Of a DNA stretch of 53,153 nt, positions 47,476-53,153 are shown piece after piece. Both the position numbers and the translations under genes were made by a program. Numbering within the stretch: the stretch's first letter is position 1; each line of letters begins with the position of its first letter. Source of the DNA: a virus (lineage: Duplodnaviria; Caudoviricetes). The notes beneath the pieces are model-generated. The model was not told where the DNA came from. It did no database searches and saw only the letters and a list, made by a program, of their open reading frames with translations. The stretch is taken from the IMG/VR virus record IMGVR_UViG_3300022591_000013, positions 1-53,153 of that record. One strand, 5' to 3'.

Positions 47476-47867
47476 AGTACAGTCTGGGCAATATCAACGG
47501 GAAGCCGCTGCTGGCGGAAGCAGAGGACCCGCACAAGGGGAGGACAATCCGCGCGTACTACATCAATTCTGACACCGAGGTTCAGCTGCACGACGGGATC
47601 GACTCTTGGATCGCTACCGTGGGAACCTGTCTTCCCAGCATGAAGCTGGCGGACAAGATCGCTGCACTGCGCTCCGGCGGAATGCCGCTTGCTCGCCCGC
47701 GCGTTCGGGTTCTAGAGGACGACGAGCCTGATCGGTTCTGCATCACGACTCCCGACGGTGACTGCATCAGTGACGATCCTCGGTGCATGCACAACAAGCA
47801 GCTGTCTGTTGATGAAGGAGGGGTGGGTATTCGCCGTCGCCCTCGGAGGCGCGCCCATGTCGGCTAG
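47472..47867 (+). CDS. Hypothetical protein
   Basis: AAGGAG RBS, ATGA coupling. Confidence 0.65.
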   Translation: MKYSLGNINGKPLLAEAEDPHKGRTIRAYYINSDTEVQLHDGIDSWIATVGTCLPSMKLADKIAALRSGGMPLARPRVRVLEDDEPDRFCITTPDGDCISDDPRCMHNKQLSVDEGGVGIRRRPRRRAHVG

Positions 47868-48441
47868 TCCGCGGCCTCGCAGGTACATACCCAAGTTCGA
47901 GGGCGCGATAGAGGGCTATGTCGTGAATTTCCTACGCACCAACTTCTGGCGCGTGCAAGGCAGCATGGAATTTCAGGACTGTATGCAGGAAGCCCACTAT
48001 CTGTTTCTTCGCCTTGCTGACCGCTACGGTGTGCTGGATACGCCGCAGCATTTCATGGGCCTGTTCAAGCGGGCCTGGCACAACCACTTCACCGACCTAT
48101 CGAACATCGACACCAAGCTACGCGCAGAGGTATCCGAAAGCCAGCTCTCGCTTGAGGAAGAGTCCGGCATGACGTACATCAGCCTAGTCGAGCGGCTGGT
48201 CGGAGATACAGACTGCGCTGGATATATCGCGGTCATGTTGCAGCAGGCACCAGCCGACGTCAGGACGGTGCTGTCGTTCTTTGTTGTGGCTCCGCAGGAT
48301 CTAGTCGATCTCACGTTCAGCTCATGGCGCAAGTCGCGCCGAAAAAAGGAAGGAGGTAACAACATGCTCTGCCAGGTTCTCGGGTTTGCCCCGGGAACCG
48401 ATCTTCTCGGCAAGGTGGCAGACTATTTCAAAATGACGTAG
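47857..48441 (+). CDS. Sigma-factor-like protein (region 2-like)
   Basis: EFQDCMQEAHYLFLRLADRY...FMGLFKRAWHNHFTDL resembles the sigma region 2 DLxQE...F...I.N...D pattern; GGAGG RBS. Confidence 0.55.
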   Translation: MSASPRPRRYIPKFEGAIEGYVVNFLRTNFWRVQGSMEFQDCMQEAHYLFLRLADRYGVLDTPQHFMGLFKRAWHNHFTDLSNIDTKLRAEVSESQLSLEEESGMTYISLVERLVGDTDCAGYIAVMLQQAPADVRTVLSFFVVAPQDLVDLTFSSWRKSRRKKEGGNNMLCQVLGFAPGTDLLGKVADYFKMT

Positions 48442-48506
48442 TGGCCTGTATATATGAACACTGGGCCTAAACCAGTAGAACCCTCTCAACGTACAAGGAG
48501 CAGCAC

Positions 48507-49472
48507 ATGAGCAAGATTCAACAGGAGCTGGCGGCATCAACGGAAGTCACGAAGAAGCGCGGGCAGGATGACCAGGAGTATCTGAAGGCATTGATCAAGG
48601 CCACATCCGACCTGGCCGACGCGCAGTGGAACAAGCTGAGCACCGAAGCCCAGGACTGGTTCAACGAGGCTGCGGACGCCATGAACTCCAAGAAGGACAT
48701 TCCGGCTTTCCCCGATGCGGTCAAGGAAGAGAAGGAAGAGACCACGACCCGCCGCCGCGGCGCTGCCAAGGAAGAGACCAAGGCCAGTCCGGTGGTGGGC
48801 GATAAGGTCACGATCGTCACCTTGCGCGACAAGACGATCAGCGGCAAGGTCGTCGAGATCGACAAGGAGATCATCGTGGTCGATTCCGACGGCGAGGAAC
48901 TCGAGGTCGCGCACGACCGCATCAAGTCTCTGACCATCGCGTCTGCCGTTGACAAGCCCTCCCGCCGCAAGGCAGCAGACGACGAGCCCGAGGCCCCGGC
49001 GGTTGCCGAGCCGAAGGTGGGTGACAACATCACGGCCGTCACCGCCCGCGACAAGGAGTACTCCGGCGAGGTGATCGAGGTCGATGACGACTTGGTCGTG
49101 ATCAAGGACAAGGACGGCGAGGAACTCGAGCTGACCCCATCCAAGCTGAAGTCGCTGGTCATCGCTGCCACCGAAGTCAAGTCTTCCCGCCGCAAGGCAG
49201 CAGACGACGGCGAGGCCACGACCCGCAGTGCGAACAAGGACGCTGCGGCCGGCGACAAGCCCAAGCGCACCTCGGCGAAGGACAACGGCGGCGTCAGCGC
49301 CACGGTCAGGATGCGCGAGCTGATCGTCGATGACATGGAAGCCAAGGTCGATGACATCGCCAAGGCACTGAAGAAGGAAGGAATCCAGTATCGCGACAAC
49401 ACGCTCAACCTCGTCTTCGCCGATGTGCATAAGTTGCTGGCCATCATGCGCGCCAAGAAGGTCATCAAGTAA
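48507..49472 (+). CDS. Charged protein with two tandem Sm/LSM- or SH3-like beta repeats
   Basis: Internal repeat VGD.[VI]T.VT.RDK..SG.V.E[IV]D...V...DGEELE......KSL.IA, each followed by SRRKAADD. Confidence 0.7.
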   Translation: MSKIQQELAASTEVTKKRGQDDQEYLKALIKATSDLADAQWNKLSTEAQDWFNEAADAMNSKKDIPAFPDAVKEEKEETTTRRRGAAKEETKASPVVGDKVTIVTLRDKTISGKVVEIDKEIIVVDSDGEELEVAHDRIKSLTIASAVDKPSRRKAADDEPEAPAVAEPKVGDNITAVTARDKEYSGEVIEVDDDLVVIKDKDGEELELTPSKLKSLVIAATEVKSSRRKAADDGEATTRSANKDAAAGDKPKRTSAKDNGGVSATVRMRELIVDDMEAKVDDIAKALKKEGIQYRDNTLNLVFADVHKLLAIMRAKKVIK

Positions 49473-49506
49473 CCCCCCTTCTGGGCCAACAGGTCTTAAT
49501 AGGCCG

Positions 49507-49542
49507 CGCCTGCGGGAGTGATCTCGCAGGCGTTTTACTTTT
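49507..49542 (+). terminator. Rho-independent terminator upstream of the folE-queC-dpdA cluster
   Basis: CGCCTGCGGGA-gtga-TCTCGCAGGCG then TTTTACTTTT. Confidence 0.8.
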
Positions 49543-49559
49543 GAAAGAGAGGAATTGAA

Positions 49560-50507
49560 ATGTCCATAATCAGCCTCGACAGATGCAAGGCCGCAGCAGA
49601 ATCCTTGGGCCGTCGCATCAACGAGCTCTACGGGATGAACCCCATGAACATCTGGGGCATCCCGCGCGGCGGGTTCAACGCGGCGATGCTGCTTAGTCAG
49701 AAGTTCTGGCACCTCAAGATGGTCGAGGATCCATTGCATGCAACTCTTGCGATTGACGACATCGTCGATACCGGAAGCACCGCCCAGCAGGTCATGCAGT
49801 TCTACGGCCTCCCAACTGCGACGCTGTTCGCCCACGACTTCAAGATTTTGGGAGACGAGGTGATCGCGTATGGGGAGCTGCTCACCAAGGAAGACGGGTT
49901 CGTCAATTTCCCGTGGGAGTTCATGTTCAAGAGCAACGACTTCGACTCCGCACACGACTCGGTGGTCCGCATGTTGCAGGCAATCGGCGAGGACCCTGCC
50001 CGCGAAGGGCTCAAGGAAACGCCCAAGCGCGTTGTCAAGGCGTGGGGCGAGTGGTTCAAAGGGTACGGGCAGAACCCCGCCGACGTGCTCAAGGTATTCG
50101 AGGATGGTGCCGAGGGGTATGGCGAGATGGTGCTCCTCACGAACATCCCTGTCTATTCGCACTGCGAGCACCACATCACCCCCTTCGTCGGCGTAGCGCA
50201 CGTTGCCTACATTCCCAACGGCAAGATCGTCGGCTTGTCCAAGATCGCCCGCGTCGTCGAGATATTCTCCCGCCGTCTGCAAGTGCAGGAGCGACTGACC
50301 AACCAGATCGCCGACGCATTGGTTGCGAACTTAGAGCCGCAGGGGGTGGCAGTAGTCATTCAGGCGAAGCACTTCTGCATGGCTACCCGAGGCGTCAAGA
50401 TGCCGAACGTTGATACGCACACCTCTGCAATGCGCGGCGCCTTCTTCGATAGCGCAGCAACGCGCGCGGAGTTTATGAGTCTGATTCGCGCTGCTCATCA
50501 GCCATGA
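49560..50507 (+). CDS. folE: Fusion of purine phosphoribosyltransferase-like domain and GTP cyclohydrolase I
   Basis: PRTase [21 protein letters not shown]; Fol[43 protein letters not shown]. Confidence 0.92.
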   Translation: MSIISLDRCKAAAESLGRRINELYGMNPMNIWGIPRGGFNAAMLLSQKFWHLKMVEDPLHATLAIDDIVDTGSTAQQVMQFYGLPTATLFAHDFKILGDEVIAYGELLTKEDGFVNFPWEFMFKSNDFDSAHDSVVRMLQAIGEDPAREGLKETPKRVVKAWGEWFKGYGQNPADVLKVFEDGAEGYGEMVLLTNIPVYSHCEHHITPFVGVAHVAYIPNGKIVGLSKIARVVEIFSRRLQVQERLTNQIADALVANLEPQGVAVVIQAKHFCMATRGVKMPNVDTHTSAMRGAFFDSAATRAEFMSLIRAAHQP

Positions 50508-50755
50508 AAGTATTGGCCTATGATCTGGACGGAACTTTGCTTGCAAGAGAAAAGCCGATCCAGCACATGATCGAGGAGGTGAATGCTGCGTTCGAAGATG
50601 CAGATAATTTCATCGTCATCTACACAGCACGAAGCTACACCCTTTTTCATCAGACGAGATCACTTCTTCTGAAGTATGGCATCAAGCATCACGCCCTCGT
50701 CATGGAGAAGATGCGCGCCAACTGCTACATCGATGATCGTGCGAGGAAGCCATGA
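50504..50755 (+). CDS. Minimal cap-less HAD-superfamily phosphatase-like protein
   Basis: [14 protein letters not shown]...YIDDRA. Confidence 0.8.
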   Translation: MKVLAYDLDGTLLAREKPIQHMIEEVNAAFEDADNFIVIYTARSYTLFHQTRSLLLKYGIKHHALVMEKMRANCYIDDRARKP

Positions 50756-51423
50756 GAACAGTCCAGCTGTATGGAGGCGGCATTGACAGCCTCTGCATCT
50801 CCTACCTGGTAAAGCCTGACGTGAAGGTGTATTTCAATCTGGGTACAGAGGAAGCACCGCATGAGGAGAAGGTCGCCCGCAGGAGAGGTGCCATCATCGA
50901 CTATCGTTTCACCCTTAAGGACCAGGTTCTTCCGAATAAGATACTGCCTCTGCGTAACCTGCTCCTTGTCGCTGGGGCTGCGTACTACGGCAACTACATC
51001 ATCGTCGGAAGCACTGCCGGAGATACTACGAAGGACAAGGACGAGAGGTTCATGGTCCTATGCACGGAACTTCTACAGCATGTTCTTGTCGGAGATCCTG
51101 ACAAGTCCTTGCCTTGGTTCAACGATGGTGTTGCCGTGGTCGCGCCTCGCCGCAACTCAACCAAGGCCGAGCTAGTTCGGGAATACCTTACCGCAGGAGG
51201 GAGCGCTCAAGACCTCATCATCAACTCAAGGTCGTGCTATCACAGCGGCGCTTTGGAATGCGGCGTCTGCCGAAGCTGTGTCCGGAAGTATGTAGCATTG
51301 AAGTTGAATGGCATCACCACCGAGGCATTTCAAAGCAAACCTGACCTTCAGGAAGCGTATGACTATGCCTTATCTCACAACCGCGGCCGCGAGGCCGCTG
51401 AAATCAAGGAGTGCTTCAAATGA
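50752..51423 (+). CDS. queC: QueC-like ATP pyrophosphatase, paralogue A
   Basis: PP-loop variant YGGGIDS, PLRNL, KAELV, zinc site SCY...CGVCRSC. Confidence 0.8.
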   Translation: MRTVQLYGGGIDSLCISYLVKPDVKVYFNLGTEEAPHEEKVARRRGAIIDYRFTLKDQVLPNKILPLRNLLLVAGAAYYGNYIIVGSTAGDTTKDKDERFMVLCTELLQHVLVGDPDKSLPWFNDGVAVVAPRRNSTKAELVREYLTAGGSAQDLIINSRSCYHSGALECGVCRSCVRKYVALKLNGITTEAFQSKPDLQEAYDYALSHNRGREAAEIKECFK

Positions 51424-52121
51424 AGAGAGTTATCATGGCAACTGGCGGCATGGACAGCACCGTGCTGCTGTATATGAGCATGCTGGTCGACAAGGTCAGG
51501 CCGCAGATCGTCACCGTCGATTACGGGCATCTCGCATTCAAGAAGCAGCTCGAAATGATCCAGCATCACGTTGACATCCTGAAGCTGGATTCGCCGCAGG
51601 TGATCACCATCAACTATCAGGGCTGGCAGAAGAAGCCAGCCCTCTTCTCCGGCACTGGCCTTCGGGATACCGATGCTGACCACCCGATGAAGGGCAAGCG
51701 CATCTTCGACGACCAGGAGATGCGATACGCCGAGATGTTCGTCGAAGGCAGGAACCTGATCATGGCGGCGTACTGCATGGCCTACGCCAGCAGCATTGGC
51801 GCCGACGAGCTGTGGGCAGGCTATCTCCGCGGGCCGGCTGAGTGGGCGAACCAACGCAGCTACAAGATGATCACCGGCGACAACAGCCCGCAGTTCGTCG
51901 ATGCCATGAATACCATGAGCTTCATGGGGTTCAGCCATCAAGTCCGCATGCGCGCCCCTTACTACGAGGGACGCCTCAGCAAGAACGATGTTGCCAAGCT
52001 CGGTGCCAAGCTCGGAGTTGATCTCAGTCTTACGCACAGCTGCTACTGGCCCGAAGCTTGCGGCGAGTGCGATAACTGCCTGCTACGAGCCGAAGCACTG
52101 CGCCGGCTCACTCAGGTCTAA
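51420..52121 (+). CDS. queC: QueC-like 7-cyano-7-deazaguanine synthase, paralogue B
   Basis: PP-loop TGGMDST, DYG, FVEGRNLI, LSKNDV..LG..LGV....THSCY...CGECDNCLLR. Confidence 0.85.
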   Translation: MKRVIMATGGMDSTVLLYMSMLVDKVRPQIVTVDYGHLAFKKQLEMIQHHVDILKLDSPQVITINYQGWQKKPALFSGTGLRDTDADHPMKGKRIFDDQEMRYAEMFVEGRNLIMAAYCMAYASSIGADELWAGYLRGPAEWANQRSYKMITGDNSPQFVDAMNTMSFMGFSHQVRMRAPYYEGRLSKNDVAKLGAKLGVDLSLTHSCYWPEACGECDNCLLRAEALRRLTQV

Positions 52122-52138
52122 CCCCGGGAACAGCTTCG

Positions 52139-53017
52139 ATGATCTTCTGGCCTGGTGGCACCATCCGCAGTGATCTCTACAAGTCGCTGCGGATGGCAGA
52201 CTTTCGACTGCACCTATTCAGCTTCTACCACGAGCACAACCGCCGCTTCGACGAGATGAAGGATCCGATGCTGGACTTCAGATACTTCGCGGACAGCGGC
52301 GCCTTCTCTGCCTGGACTCGCGGCGACCCAATCGACATAGAGGAGTACAGCGCGTTCGTTCGCTATCACGCGGGATACCTCGAGGCGTACGCTGCGCTTG
52401 ACGTGATCCCCGAGTCGACGCATCCATCCGAACTTGAGCGGGCAGCAGGCAGGTCGTGGCAGAACTATCTCGACATGAAGGCAGACGGCCTCGATCCCAT
52501 TCCCATCTACCACTACGGAGAGTCGCGCAAGTGGCTGGACATGCTGCTAGGAAGCGGCTGCACATACATAGGGCTGGGAGGCATGGGAAATGCGAACAGA
52601 GCCGAGCGCGCTGCATGGCTGGACAGCGTCTTCCACGATCTGCCCGACGGCATCAAGGTGCATGGGTTCGGGGTATCTGCAATCAACCTCCTCTTCCGGT
52701 ATCCGTGGTACAGCGCAGACAGCATGACGTGGCGCCTTGCCGCGAACAACGGGAACGTATTCATCCCGCTGCACGACGGGACGCAGTTCCTTTACGACCG
52801 ACCGCCATACCTTGTGCATACCAAGGAACTTCTGACCACAGCATCGGACGAGATCGACGAGTGGCTGCGTATTGTTGATACAGATCGTCAGAAGCTGTTC
52901 GACGATTACCGCCACCGCGGCGCCTGCAATGCGGTATTCATGCGCGAGGTCACTGCACACCATGCAGAGCACGGCCCTAAGAAGCGCAGCAGCGCACAAC
53001 AAGGGTTCTTCAAATGA
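52139..53017 (+). CDS. dpdA: DpdA/TGT-like DNA-guanine transglycosylase, paralogue A
   Basis: FADSGAFS, LDVIP, PIPIYHYGE, YIGLGG, VHGFG, PWYSADS. Confidence 0.8.
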   Translation: MIFWPGGTIRSDLYKSLRMADFRLHLFSFYHEHNRRFDEMKDPMLDFRYFADSGAFSAWTRGDPIDIEEYSAFVRYHAGYLEAYAALDVIPESTHPSELERAAGRSWQNYLDMKADGLDPIPIYHYGESRKWLDMLLGSGCTYIGLGGMGNANRAERAAWLDSVFHDLPDGIKVHGFGVSAINLLFRYPWYSADSMTWRLAANNGNVFIPLHDGTQFLYDRPPYLVHTKELLTTASDEIDEWLRIVDTDRQKLFDDYRHRGACNAVFMREVTAHHAEHGPKKRSSAQQGFFK

Positions 53018-53153
53018 TTCTGTGGATCGGCACTGGGCAGGAGTACAAGGAGCTGGTGGTTGAGATCCACCCGCAGATGTTGATCAGCTTCTTCTACAAG
53101 AAGCTCCTCGACCCGTTCATTCCATATTTCGACTATGGCAAGCCCAGGTCAAT
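53014..53153 (+). CDS. dpdA: 5' end of DpdA paralogue B (continues at 2..910)
   Basis: ATG overlaps the paralogue A stop (ATGA); MILWIGTGQEYKELVVEIHPQM joins the ORF at position 2 in frame. Confidence 0.85.
   Translation, partial: MILWIGTGQEYKELVVEIHPQMLISFFYKKLLDPFIPYFDYGKPRS
53055..53153. repeat. Terminal direct repeat, identical to 1-99
   Basis: Exact sequence match. Confidence 0.97.

Noticed and set aside
48537-50282. 581-aa minus-strand ORF (also 48518-49489, 6344-7279, 19389-20351, 23126-24262)
   Set aside because: Antisense shadows of well-supported plus-strand genes, expected with strong codon bias; no motifs or RBS.
52139-53153. tRNA-guanine transglycosylase (Tgt) for queuosine tRNA modification
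   Set aside because: The C-terminal zinc motif of bacterial Tgt is not evident, there are no queA/queF or tRNA genes, and the replication-gene context favours DNA-directed DpdA; not formally excluded.

Overview
The window is an apparently complete, circularly assembled genome (53,054 bp unique plus a 99-bp end overlap) of a tailed dsDNA phage with siphovirus-type morphogenesis genes. I recognise no integrase or repressor, so it is probably lytic. Four modules are visible. (1) A replication/recombination block wraps the contig ends (about 40.9 kb to 9.96 kb): 5'-3' exonuclease, DnaB-like and SNF2-like helicases, primase, sigma-like protein, beta-clamp, UDG-fused family A polymerase, clamp loader, UvsY-like protein, gp32-like SSB, RecA, RuvC-like nuclease and 3'-5' exonuclease. 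(2) A 7-deazaguanine DNA-modification pathway is interleaved with it: QueD, QueE, a PRTase-FolE fusion, a HAD protein, two QueC paralogues and two tandem DpdA/TGT-like paralogues. (3) An early/accessory region (10.0-17.0 kb) follows a sigma70-type promoter and contains a structured leader, a duplicated 129-bp leader cassette and many small ORFs. (4) Packaging, head, tail and lysis genes occupy 17.2-39.75 kb. The most notable candidate system is a duplicated deazaguanine machinery that may be replisome-tethered: both DpdA paralogues end in a clamp-binding-like Q-x-[SG]-F-F tail and sit directly upstream of the phage sliding clamp. All functional calls come from motifs read by eye, not from database searches.
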